Part shown: positions 1 through 10,500 of the stretch, piece after piece
How the letters are laid out: the number at the start of each line of letters is the position of its first letter
How positions within the stretch are numbered: the stretch's first letter is position 1
IMG/VR virus record: IMGVR_UViG_3300027801_000017
Source of the DNA: an uncultured virus (IMG/VR IMGVR_UViG_3300027801_000017)
Lineage: Duplodnaviria; Heunggongvirae; Uroviricota; Caudoviricetes; Crassvirales
DNA length: 20,000 nt
Direction: 5' to 3' (one strand)
Notes under the pieces: model-generated
What the model was told of the DNA's origin: nothing
Seen by the model: only the letters and a program-made list of their open reading frames with translations
Database searches by the model: none
Translations under genes and position numbers: made by a program

Positions 1-1593
1 GTATATGTAGAAATATATAGACCTGCTCCTGAAGGTGAAGATATGTATCATGAATTTAATCATGCTAATAGACTGAATTGGGATAGTACTGGGACTATTA
101 GGGGGCATAGAGCAAATACATGGGCATGTGGCCTTAATGAAGGGCAATTAACTACAATGGGGTATTCTAGTGTTTATGTTGATGATACAGGTGCTAATAC
201 TCCAGCAGTATTTTCTTATGACCAGTATGACCCAACTAATCCAGACCCCAATCTACCAGCTGAAGGTACATTTCTAAATGGAGATGTATATATAAGAGAC
301 AGAATTATTATGACTGCATTTATGCTTGTAATAGTGGCAGAAGATTTTTCAGCATCTGATTTCTGGCCTTCAAAAGCGTGGGATTTAGGAAGACCGAATG
401 CATATTTGCCTGATTTTAAACAAACAAGAAGAGATGCTACAATATTTTTCTCAGAACCATTTATTCCAAATACAGCTATTAATGGTTTAGGAACTTTTTA
501 TCCAGATGTTTCTTTTCAAGAATATGATAAATCATATAATTCTATACAGAAATTATTTTCTATAAACGATAGTTTAATTATATTACAAGAAGATAAAGTG
601 TCAAAAGCAATGGTAAGCAGGTCTGTACTTTTTGATGCTACTGCAAAACAAAATGTTGCTATTAGTCAAAATGTACTTTCCTCTTCCCTCCCTTATGTTG
701 GAGATTTTGGAATATCTAGGAATCCTGAATCATTTGCTAATTTCGGATTTAGAAGTTATTTTGTTGATATAAAAAGACGTGTTGTATTAAGGTTGTCTCA
801 AGATGGTCTTACTCCTATATCTGAACATAAGATGAAGAATTTCTTTACAGATTATTTTCAAGAAGTAATTGATGAAAACCGACATATAGGTAGTTCTTTT
901 AAAGCTTATGGAGCTTATGATAATAAATTTGACGAATATGTTGTATCTATTGCGGATATAAGTTGGTCAACATTAGATATGCAGGGGAACACAATTAAAC
1001 ATGGAATACCTGGGTTTACGATAGGATTCAACGAACCTTCAAAAAAATGGAACTCATTTTATAGTTATAATAATAATATAGCAACATATAATGCAGAATT
1101 ACATAGTTTTAGGAAAGGAATTGTATATCAACATAATGCAGCAAAAGATAGCAATGATGTATCAATATATAATAACTTTTATGGAGTAGACCATCCTTCT
1201 GTATTAGAATTTCCTGTTAATAGTATGCCTGATGTAACTAAAGTGTTTCATACTATATCTGAACATGCAAATAATATTTGGGAAGTAGATGCTTTTTATA
1301 CTAGAAATGGTCAAATGACAGATATTTCTCGTATAGAATTTACAGGAGGGAATACATACACATGGGAAGAAGGTCATGGAACAAAAGAAAATATACATAA
1401 TGCTACAATTAGATGTGATGTATTAACCCCTGGGATTGTAAATCCTAAGATAGAGGGGGATAGAATGAGAGATACGTCTGTTATGTGTAGATTGGCTTTA
1501 CCTATTCCTCAAGCGCAAGAACAGAATGTTTTATTTGCAATTAGATTTGGATTTATAGCTTCTAGTAGTCCTAGTTTAATTGGAAATCAATAA
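1..1593 (+). CDS. Tail tubular/stabilization protein (P22 gp10 / T7 gp12-like role), C-terminal part; gene starts upstream of the window
   Basis: The frame is open from base 1 (VYVEIYRPAPEGEDM...), so ATG 43 is probably internal. The protein is beta-rich, with segments 'GDFGISRNPESFANFGFRSYFVD', 'VLRLSQDGLTPIS', 'YGAYDNKFDEYVVS' and 'FNE...WNSFYSY' that I recognise from Bacteroidota phage stabilization proteins. Its position before the ejection genes fits. Confidence 0.75.
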   Translation, partial: VYVEIYRPAPEGEDMYHEFNHANRLNWDSTGTIRGHRANTWACGLNEGQLTTMGYSSVYVDDTGANTPAVFSYDQYDPTNPDPNLPAEGTFLNGDVYIRDRIIMTAFMLVIVAEDFSASDFWPSKAWDLGRPNAYLPDFKQTRRDATIFFSEPFIPNTAINGLGTFYPDVSFQEYDKSYNSIQKLFSINDSLIILQEDKVSKAMVSRSVLFDATAKQNVAISQNVLSSSLPYVGDFGISRNPESFANFGFRSYFVDIKRRVVLRLSQDGLTPISEHKMKNFFTDYFQEVIDENRHIGSSFKAYGAYDNKFDEYVVSIADISWSTLDMQGNTIKHGIPGFTIGFNEPSKKWNSFYSYNNNIATYNAELHSFRKGIVYQHNAAKDSNDVSIYNNFYGVDHPSVLEFPVNSMPDVTKVFHTISEHANNIWEVDAFYTRNGQMTDISRIEFTGGNTYTWEEGHGTKENIHNATIRCDVLTPGIVNPKIEGDRMRDTSVMCRLALPIPQAQEQNVLFAIRFGFIASSSPSLIGNQ

Positions 1594-1610
1594 AAAATAG
1601 TATCTTTGTA
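1584..1610 (+). promoter_or_regulatory. Conserved intergenic motif copy 1 (AAATCAATAAAAAATAGTATCTTTGTA); putative promoter
   Basis: Contains TATCTTTG (1601-1608), matching the Bacteroidota -7 element TAnnTTTG, with TTG at 1580-1582 (18-nt spacer). The first 22 bp are identical to 3094-3115. Confidence 0.7.
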
Positions 1611-1613
1611 AAT

Positions 1614-2144
1614 ATGTTATCAGAATTAAAAACATTAGAGAAAAGAAAAAAGTTAAGAAAAAAGATATTTTCTATTGAAGATACAATAAGAAATACCACT
1701 AACCCTAACTATAAAACATATATTGGGGATAATGAGGCTTGTCCAGTTAAGCATACGTTTTCTGATGGGGTATATGTAAGAGAGATGTTTATCCCTAAAG
1801 GCATGATGCTTGTAGGTAAAATAATCAAACAGACACATCATATATTTTTAATGTCTGGGAAGATAGCTATAATTACTGAAGATGGAGAAAAGATAATGCA
1901 AGGGCCTTGTTCAATAGTGGCTAAAGGAGGAACTAAGAGAGTTGGGTATGCACTTACAGATGTTGTGTGGATAAATGTACATCCTAATATAACGGACACA
2001 CAAGATTTAGATAGATTAGAGCAGGATGTAATTGCAGAAGATTATGATGCATATAATAGATATATTGAATTAAAGAATGCTAATTTATTTACTAAAACTT
2101 TAAAAAAAATAAAACAAATGATAATTAAAACAATACAACTATGA
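1614..2144 (+). CDS. Cupin-fold (double-stranded beta-helix) phage protein, 176 aa
   Basis: Contains 'CPVKHTFSDGVYVREMFIPKG..LVGKI.K..H..FLMSG' and 'GTKRVGYALTDVVWINVH'. This pattern is typical of cupin-like genes next to podovirus tail and internal-protein genes. ATGA overlap with the next gene. Confidence 0.75.
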   Translation: MLSELKTLEKRKKLRKKIFSIEDTIRNTTNPNYKTYIGDNEACPVKHTFSDGVYVREMFIPKGMMLVGKIIKQTHHIFLMSGKIAIITEDGEKIMQGPCSIVAKGGTKRVGYALTDVVWINVHPNITDTQDLDRLEQDVIAEDYDAYNRYIELKNANLFTKTLKKIKQMIIKTIQL

Positions 2145-3094
2145 GTTGGGCAGCCGTAGCCGCATCAGCAATATCAGCTGGTGTAGGTATATATCAAACA
2201 CAGAAAGGAAAAAAACTAGCAGAACAAGCTGGAGAAAGACCTGAATTTGAAATTCCAGGAGCAGTGAAATCTGCATTAGGGACATCTCAATTAAAATCTT
2301 TACAAGGAATCCCTGGAGCGGTAAAGTCTGAAATGCTTCAAGAGATGGATAGGTCTAGAATGGCTTCTTTAAAACAAGTTAATGAAAGAAGGGGAGGTTT
2401 GGGAGTTGTGTCTCAACTTGACCAAAACCAACAAGATTCTATACGTAAGATGGGTATAATGGATATTCAGCAAAGAGAAAAGAATGTTCAAGGACTTCAG
2501 GATATGAGAATGAAAATGGCTGGTTATCAAGAGAAACAACAAGCAGATACATTAGCGGCATGGGGACAAGAATCTCAAGCAGCAGCAGCTATGCAGGGTG
2601 CTGGTATGCAAAACATAGCTGGAGCTGTTACATCTTTAGGTATGGCTGCAGCGTCTCGTACAGGAGGAGGAGGTAGTAAGCAAAGACAAGCAAATCAAGC
2701 TGATATAGATACCCCTGCATTAGATACAACTATAGGGGGTCAACAGGGTAGAATGATAGGAGGAACAGGCTTTGAAGGTGGTGCATTAAATGCTAAAAAT
2801 TATTCTGGAGGTCAATTCACTGCACCTACATCTGCTTTTGCTACAGGAGGAGGATTAAATATGCAAGGACAACAAGGGTCTCTTACTAATAAAATAAATC
2901 CATCTAGTTTAAAAACTATGGGTTTTGGAGGGGGGCCAGGATATAATGAAGGTATGTTTTCTAATATAGGGTTAGCATCAGAATTGAATACATTTGAATT
3001 AAATTCTCCTAGTGTACAAAATCAATTATTTGGAGTTAATAATACAGAGGTCGGAAGCGATGACTGGAAAAGTGAATATCCATCATTATATTAA
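2141..3094 (+). CDS. Probable internal virion / DNA ejection protein (small), 317 aa
   Basis: Ala/Gly-rich hydrophobic N-terminus (MSWAAVAASAISAGVGIY), Gln/Met-rich helical middle, a second Gly/Ala hydrophobic segment and a Gly-rich low-complexity tail. It is the first of three genes of increasing size. Confidence 0.65.
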   Translation: MSWAAVAASAISAGVGIYQTQKGKKLAEQAGERPEFEIPGAVKSALGTSQLKSLQGIPGAVKSEMLQEMDRSRMASLKQVNERRGGLGVVSQLDQNQQDSIRKMGIMDIQQREKNVQGLQDMRMKMAGYQEKQQADTLAAWGQESQAAAAMQGAGMQNIAGAVTSLGMAAASRTGGGGSKQRQANQADIDTPALDTTIGGQQGRMIGGTGFEGGALNAKNYSGGQFTAPTSAFATGGGLNMQGQQGSLTNKINPSSLKTMGFGGGPGYNEGMFSNIGLASELNTFELNSPSVQNQLFGVNNTEVGSDDWKSEYPSLY

Positions 3095-3115
3095 AATCAA
3101 TAAAAAATAGTATCT
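3094..3115 (+). promoter_or_regulatory. Conserved intergenic motif copy 2 (AAATCAATAAAAAATAGTATCT)
   Basis: 22/22 identical to 1584-1605, but followed by AAATA rather than TTGTA, so it lacks the TTTG of the -7 element. Confidence 0.6.
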
Positions 3116-3131
3116 AAATAAATAAATAAGC

Positions 3132-4592
3132 ATGGCAAAATATATAAATCCAGTAGCAACAGGTCAGGCAATAAATCAGGGGGAGGCTCAAGTTTTTGAT
3201 ACCACTGGTTTAATGAAGTATTCTCTTGACCGAAAAGATAAGGCCAAGGCTGCGGCTCAAGCCGATAAAGAAAAGAAAGAAAAGGCATTATTAGATTCTC
3301 TTGTAGATGTAAATACTTCAAATTTATGGAGTAGGGATTTAGACATGTATAATGGTAAATGGAATGATTATAAAGACTTTATAAAAGATAATAATATTGC
3401 CCTACAGAACCCCTCAAAGAATGTAGACCTTTATACGCAGAAAAAAAGAATGGAACAAGAGATGTTACAATTTGTCAGTTCTTCTGGGAAGGCGGAGAAG
3501 ATAGATATAGAAATTCAAAAAATGCTATTACAAGATAAAAGTAAAGAGCTTCAAGATGTAGATGGTCTTTATGAAAAATCCAGAACAGAGGCAGGTAACT
3601 TTAATAATGCAATGGAATATATAACAAGAGTACCAGAAATAGTTCCTCTTGCTACTTTGATAGGGGAATATAAAGACGCAGAGGGAGCTGGGAAAGATGC
3701 TAATTTTGAAGTCTATAATGAATCTACTAACTCAATGGTTACTAGAAAAGGCCCCTCACGAGAATCTTGGCAAATGCATATGAAAAATAATTACAGGGAC
3801 GATAAAAAACTTCAAATGAGTGCTCAAAGTTCTTTTGATGAAGCTGGTGGTGCACAAGAAAGTGGGTTTAATACTGCTGAAGAATTGTATATGGATATGA
3901 TTAACCAACAATATGATGACCCATATACTAAAGTAAGACCTATGGGTAAAGGTGGCAAAGGGTTTGAGTTTACTTTAGGAGGAGGAGGTACATTTAATAA
4001 TCATGTTTTTACTCCAGATGAGATAACATCAACAGGGTATAACTCTACTGACATTGGAGGGACAATTCAAAAAGATAAAAGAATTGCTTTATCTAAATAT
4101 GGTAAGGATATAGGTATGTTTACTATGGATTTACAAGGGCCTGTTTACCAAGATGGTAAGCTAACTAAAATTACAGGAAGTCATGAAGTGTCATTTCAAG
4201 ATGTTATTGAGAAGGGGGATGGTTCATATACGCTTAGATTAAATAAGGGAAAGATGAGTGATTCTGAGTATAAAAATAAGAAAACTGCAATGGAAAAAAC
4301 TGTGTTGGTGGGTAAATATGAACCCTATGCGATTGATGATTATTTAACTATGGAAAAACTAGAAAAAAACGGAAAGGGTTCTGATGCTTATCATAAATAT
4401 ATAGAAAAGGAAAATGAACTAGAAAACAGTAGGAATAAAGTCCAGGTTATAGAAGTAAATTTAGATGATAAGACAAATTCATCAGAGCTGAATTCTAACA
4501 TAAGAATTCCAGATTTTTATGAGAGCTTGCCTAAATTATTTCATGGGGAGAGTGGTAAAGCTAACAAATCAAAAAAGAAATTAAACGGATAA
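3132..4592 (+). CDS. Probable internal virion / ejection protein (medium), 486 aa
   Basis: Long ORF with a charged helical N-terminal half, lying between the small ejection-like gene and the giant gene. Function is inferred from synteny only. Confidence 0.55.
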   Translation: MAKYINPVATGQAINQGEAQVFDTTGLMKYSLDRKDKAKAAAQADKEKKEKALLDSLVDVNTSNLWSRDLDMYNGKWNDYKDFIKDNNIALQNPSKNVDLYTQKKRMEQEMLQFVSSSGKAEKIDIEIQKMLLQDKSKELQDVDGLYEKSRTEAGNFNNAMEYITRVPEIVPLATLIGEYKDAEGAGKDANFEVYNESTNSMVTRKGPSRESWQMHMKNNYRDDKKLQMSAQSSFDEAGGAQESGFNTAEELYMDMINQQYDDPYTKVRPMGKGGKGFEFTLGGGGTFNNHVFTPDEITSTGYNSTDIGGTIQKDKRIALSKYGKDIGMFTMDLQGPVYQDGKLTKITGSHEVSFQDVIEKGDGSYTLRLNKGKMSDSEYKNKKTAMEKTVLVGKYEPYAIDDYLTMEKLEKNGKGSDAYHKYIEKENELENSRNKVQVIEVNLDDKTNSSELNSNIRIPDFYESLPKLFHGESGKANKSKKKLNG

Positions 4593-4596
4593 AAAG

Positions 4597-7500
4597 ATGA
4601 ATGAAAAATTCTTAGAACTATATGAATATTTAAAATCTGAAGGAATCACTGACTTATCTCCTGAAGATTTCTATAACGCATATAAAGACCCCAATAAAGC
4701 AAAAGATGTTTATGACTTTGTTTCTAGTGAAGAAATGACGGATTTAAATGAGAATGACTTTTTCTCTGCTTATTTCGGAACTGAAGTAAAAAAAAAAGAC
4801 GATTCAGAAGTTGTTACAGATACCTCAGAAGTTGTTACAGATACTTCAGAAGTATCAGAATCCGAAGTCCTTTCTACAGGAGCTGACGAGACTAGCGAGA
4901 CTGAAGAAGCTGTTACGCCACCTATAAACTTTGATGAATTAACATATTTTGATTTTTCCTCAATAAATAGAGCAGTTAATGGGGTGGAATTTTCGGATGA
5001 TAATATAGGGCATCTTTCAGAATCAAAAGAAGAAGAATTATTAGATTTAAATATCAATCCTCATATTCAGTCTTTAGTATCTATAGGTGCGAATATGCCA
5101 GAGGATGCTAATGTTGCTGTGACAGAATTAAGTCCATCTGAGAAGAAAACGTATGATTTTAATTTTTCTAGATACCAGAAAGTACTTGATAATCAAAATA
5201 AAGTAAAAGAAGTTAATGTACAAAAAGGAACTAATACTGGACAGTATGGTTTTAATTTAGCAGATGCTTCGTTACCAGGTCTAATACCAAGTCTTGAAGG
5301 TTTTGGCCCTTTTGGTGGAGAGACAACCTACAATCCCGTACCAGGAGAAGATAATTATTCAAATGACCCTGAAGTTATTGCTAAAGCTAAAGTTATTTTA
5401 GATACAGACCTTCCTAGAGCAAGAAATAAAATTATTAGGATATTTAAGAATAAGAAAAAAAGCTATGGTTTACCTTCCGATATAACTACCGCTACTGATG
5501 AGCAGTTAGCAGAAGCTTTTAAGAAATTTAATAAAGAAAATACTTATGCTAAAACTGGGAAGTCTATAACCACTACTATGCCTATAAGCGGAGGAACTTC
5601 TACAGAGCCGACTTATGAAAAAGACTATATAAATATTAATAAGAAGTATTTAGAAAAAATATTTAATAATCAATTTCTAGTAGCAAAGAATAACGCTCAG
5701 ATAGAACTAGACAAAAAGGTAGATGAAGAAAAAAGAACAGCGATTCAAAATGCAGATTCTTCTATTTTATCTAGAGATGTTATAGGTAAGAGAATATATG
5801 ATTTTCATAAAGACTATGATTATAATAATAATATGAGTACAGAGGAGCAAAGGTACTCAGATGCTGAAACTGTATTAGAAGGTCTGGAAGTTCAATTAAA
5901 AAAATTAACAGCAGAAGAAAAGACTCCAGATGATGAACTTATAACAGAATGGGAAAAAGCAAAAGCCGAACTTGCATCAGCTCAAAAAGGATTAGGGGAC
6001 GATATACATCCTTTATATGACCCACTTACTGGAGAGAGAACAGATAAACTTGAAGGGGCTTTAGACTTAACTGAGCAAATAAAAAGACATGAAAAAGATG
6101 CTTTAACTTTTAAAGGAAATATAAAAAATAGATACGTAACGGTATCTAATAGAGAAGAAGACCATAGGATAATGGGGGGTCTCATGACAAGAGATTTAAT
6201 AGTTAAAGACCCTCGTAGGTGGCAGAAAAGAGCTAATCAAGAAGGATTTATAATAGAGCCCTCTGATGATGGGAAAAGCTTTATAATAAAAGGAGTCCCA
6301 TTAAGTAAAATCGGGTTGTATACTAGTGATATTTTAAATAAAGAGGTAAAAAATGAAGCAGAAGAGTGGAATGATAAAAATGCAGAGAATATAGCTTCTA
6401 GAAAAGTTTGGATGAAGATGGCTTTAACAAATATAGACCCAGGTAAGGTTGATAAAAGTAAGACCGCTAGATTTTTTGAGGTTCTTGCTGGAGATGGAGC
6501 TTTGGCGGCTAGTTTTGGAATGTCTGACCAAAAGTTTGTTGATTTCTCTGTAGATGAATTTACAAAGGCAGGTATTCCTTTATCCCCATCTCTAATTAAG
6601 AATATGAAAAGAACATGGGGAATGGAGCTAACTGAACAGGGTGCTGGTTTTCTTCCTATAGCAGCTCAAATGTGGTTAGGTAATAAAGTTTTAGGGGCTG
6701 TGGGTTTTGCAGGGTGGCTTAAAAATACAGTACAGGGATTAAATACAGCAAAGAAGTTTCAAAGGTGGAATAAGTTTAGAGGGTTTATCTTAGAGGCTAG
6801 TGTTGAGGAGGTAAAGATGCAAACTTATGGCTTTCATGATGGTACTGGATTTGGGTTTACTATGGCTGGCCGTTTTATGCCTGCTGCTGGGATATTTAAA
6901 TTTAAAGGGGAATTGGCTAGATTAAATACTGTAGGAAATGTGGTTTTTGATAGCGGATTGAAGGGTGCGTTTGCTTTAGAGTTTGCTGGTCATGTAGAGG
7001 CTATTGTTGAGGATGTAAAGGGAGGTTCAGCATATGGAACTTTTATGGAAGAACAATACCCTGATGTATCCACTGTTGGGAGAAGGGTAATTTTAAGTGG
7101 TGCTCTATTTTCTATCTATGGAGGTATGGGTCTATTTGGTAAAGGTAGGTCAGGTATGAATATTAAAAACATGGAGAGTGTTGTAAAGGAGTTAAAGCAA
7201 AAAGGATATAATGAGGAAGCTTTAAAAATACAAAAGAATGTAGATTTATATTATGAAGGTAAAAAGAAATTATCTAAAGAAGAGCAGGATATACTTACTG
7301 AGAATGAAAACGGAAAAGGAAAAGAATATAATACTGATTTAACAGAAGCAGAATTAAAGCAAAGGTTAAAAGATATGGGAGGCAGGGAAGTTAAACCTGA
7401 AGCTGAAGTTAAAGCAGAAGAAGTTAAAGCAGAAGAGGTAAAAGTAGAAGAGGTTAAAACAACTTCTGAAACAAGAGAAAGCTTAGAAAGAGAAGTGCAG

Positions 7501-10500
7501 AAAACATGGGAAGAGTTAGAAAACACCCCTGAAACTAAATTTAAAAAGAGAAGAGAACTTAATAAAAAGTTAGATGAGCTTATTCCAAAATATGAGAAAC
7601 TTGAAGCAGAGGTTAAACCTGAAGCTGAAGTTAAAGAAGTAGAAATACCGTCTTCTTACAATGAGAAGATGAAAGTTTATAAACAAAGTGATTTAGGAGG
7701 AGGTAAAGGAGGTAAGGTTAATGAAAAATCTGATTTAGTTAAAGAGGCTGAAACTCCAGAAGGTAAAGAATATGTAAAACAAGAAGTAGAAAAATTAGAA
7801 AAAAATGAAGATGGCACTATAACAGTTTATAGAGTAGGTAATCTAAATGAAGGTCATAATCCTACAACTACTAGTAAAAAGACGGCTGAGACGATAGCTA
7901 AAGAGAGAAAGGCTCAAGGATTAAGTTCTCAAATAATAGAAACTAATGTAAAAGCAGAAGATATATCTGTTGTTGTCCCTGGGGTAGAAGCTGAGATTTT
8001 CGTAAAGGTAACTAAAGAGAACCAAAGTAGGATTAATGAAAATAGTAATACTCTACAAGAAGGTCAATCATTAAAATCTTTACAACAAAGAATAAATGAA
8101 TTACAAAAAGATGTTGAGAAAACAGAAAAAGATTTAACAAGTGGAAAAATAAAAGGAGATATTTATACTAATAGTATAAAAAAGAAAAAGACGGAGATAA
8201 GTAATCTTGAAAAACAAATTAATAAAAAGAAGTCAGATTCTAAATCTGAAAAATTAACAAAGTTAAGAGAGGAAGCTGCGAAATCATTAAATTTTAAACC
8301 TGAAGTAAAAGAGGTGAAAGTAGAGGAAACTACTGGAAAGGAAGTGAAAGTAGAGGAAACTACTGGAAAGGAAGTGAAAGAACCTGAAAAAGAAGTGGTA
8401 GTACCTGAAAAAGAAGTGGTAGAAATATTATTAAATAAGAAAGATGGAGTATTTGCAGGTATATGGAATAGAGGTGGTTTTAGTGCAAGCAATAAAGCAG
8501 GGGATAAGGACGCTCATAGCGCCAATACACGAAAAGTACAAGAGAAATCAGAAGAATTACAAAAATTAGAATCTAATAATCCAAAAGTAAATGAAGGGGA
8601 GTTTAGTGTTTCTGGAACTTTTGAAGGTAGTGGTTATAGAGCTATTGTTGGAAAAGAAAGAGGGGAGTTATCAGATATTAGAGAGAAGGCATCTCAAACA
8701 GAGAAAATGTTTTTTAATGAGCAAACTCTTGAAAATGGAGATGTAGTATATTCTTTAATAAACGGAAAACATAGAGTTCGTAATAGAGAAGGTTATTATG
8801 CTGTAAATCTTACATATAAGAAGGGTACAGAAGTGAAGTTAAATGATGTAAAAAATCTTTTGACTACAAAAATGAATGATATAACCACTATTATTACAGG
8901 GGTAAAATCCACAGTTAAGCCTAAAGTAGAACCTAAAGTAGAGCCTACAGTAAAAGAAGTTACAGAAAGCATAGAAGAGGTTAAGGTTGAAGACAGTAAG
9001 AGCACCAATCCTTCATTTGAAAAAGGCAGTATGCGTAATTTTTCTGTAGACGGTGGAGTATTAGAAATAGGAAGGGTAAATAATGCAAGTTTATCGTCAA
9101 TTTTAAAATTAGAGGTTGAAAAAGACTCAAGAAGACAAGGCAAGGCTGAAGTGTTATTAAAACGAGCATTAAACGAAACTAAAGGGGAATTATCAGGACA
9201 AGCATCTAACGATGCTGCTGTAGCGTTAAATTACAAATTAGGTATGAGAGTAAATGGCAACGAAACCCTCTCCTTAAAAGAATCCCAAAGCGAAAGAGCT
9301 CAAAGTGCAGGAGAAAGTGTTAGTATGGTTTTACCTAAAAATAAAAGAGGTGATAATTACAAGCCTTTTAAAGTAGAGCCTACAGTTAAAGAAAAAGTTA
9401 TTGAACCTACAGTTGAACCTGAATATACTAAAAATAACATAATTAATATAAAAGACCCTACTGATGTATTAATACAGGCAAAACAAAAAAGAAAGTTAGC
9501 CAATCAGAAATACAATAAGATGAAAGACTCTCTAACTGAAAAACAAAAGAATCAATTTAGAGAAGAGTCTTTGAAAATAAATAACCTCATTAAAAATTTA
9601 GAAGCTGAGATAGTAGAAAAAGGAGTAACGGGAGAAAAAGGAGAAAAAGAAATACAGCAGTATGCAGATAAAGTCATAGAAGGATTAGAGTCCGCTAAAA
9701 AAACTTTAAAGGAGAGTGGATTAACTTATTCCTTTATCCTACCTGGGGTTAACGCTAAGACACTTTCCGTAGCTTTAGATATAGGGATAGCATCCGTTAA
9801 AGCTACAAAGTCTGCTGTTATTGGGTTAAATAAATTTAAGAATAGTATATTAACACAATTAAACATAAAAAAATTAACTAAAGCTCAAGAAAAACAACTT
9901 AATGATTTCTTTAATAGAAACTATGATTTATCTAAGCAAAAAGTTTTGAGTTATACTAGAGAGATTATAAAAGAAAATAAATTAGATAATGTAGATTCAT
10001 TTATAAAAGAAATGGAGTCAGACCCTATGTTTAAGAAGTATGATAAACAAGATTTAATATTATTGTATAATAATTCTATTAAAGGTAGTACGCTTCAACT
10101 TACCAACATTAAAGAAAAAACTGAAAACCTAAAAAAAGGATTCTTTAAAGGTAAGACTGAGGAGTATAAATTCACTAAACAATCCAAAATAGAAATGGAT
10201 AATGTGATTACAGAGTTTAATCAGTTTGTGGAAACATTAGACGGGAGTATTACCGCTAGTAAGGAGACTATGAGGATAATTGGTAATATTAAAAATAAAG
10301 AAACTTTACAGACAGCTATAAATAGAATAGAAGAGCTAATGTCTGATAAAAAAGTTGTAGAACAAGTGCAGGAAAAAGAGAATGTTATAAATAAAATAAC
10401 TTCTTTGACTAATATTAAAGAGGGTGAAGGAAAGGTAAAAAAATCTCTTAGTGGGGGAATAAATATTAATCCTACAACAAAATTAACAAAAGAACAGAGT

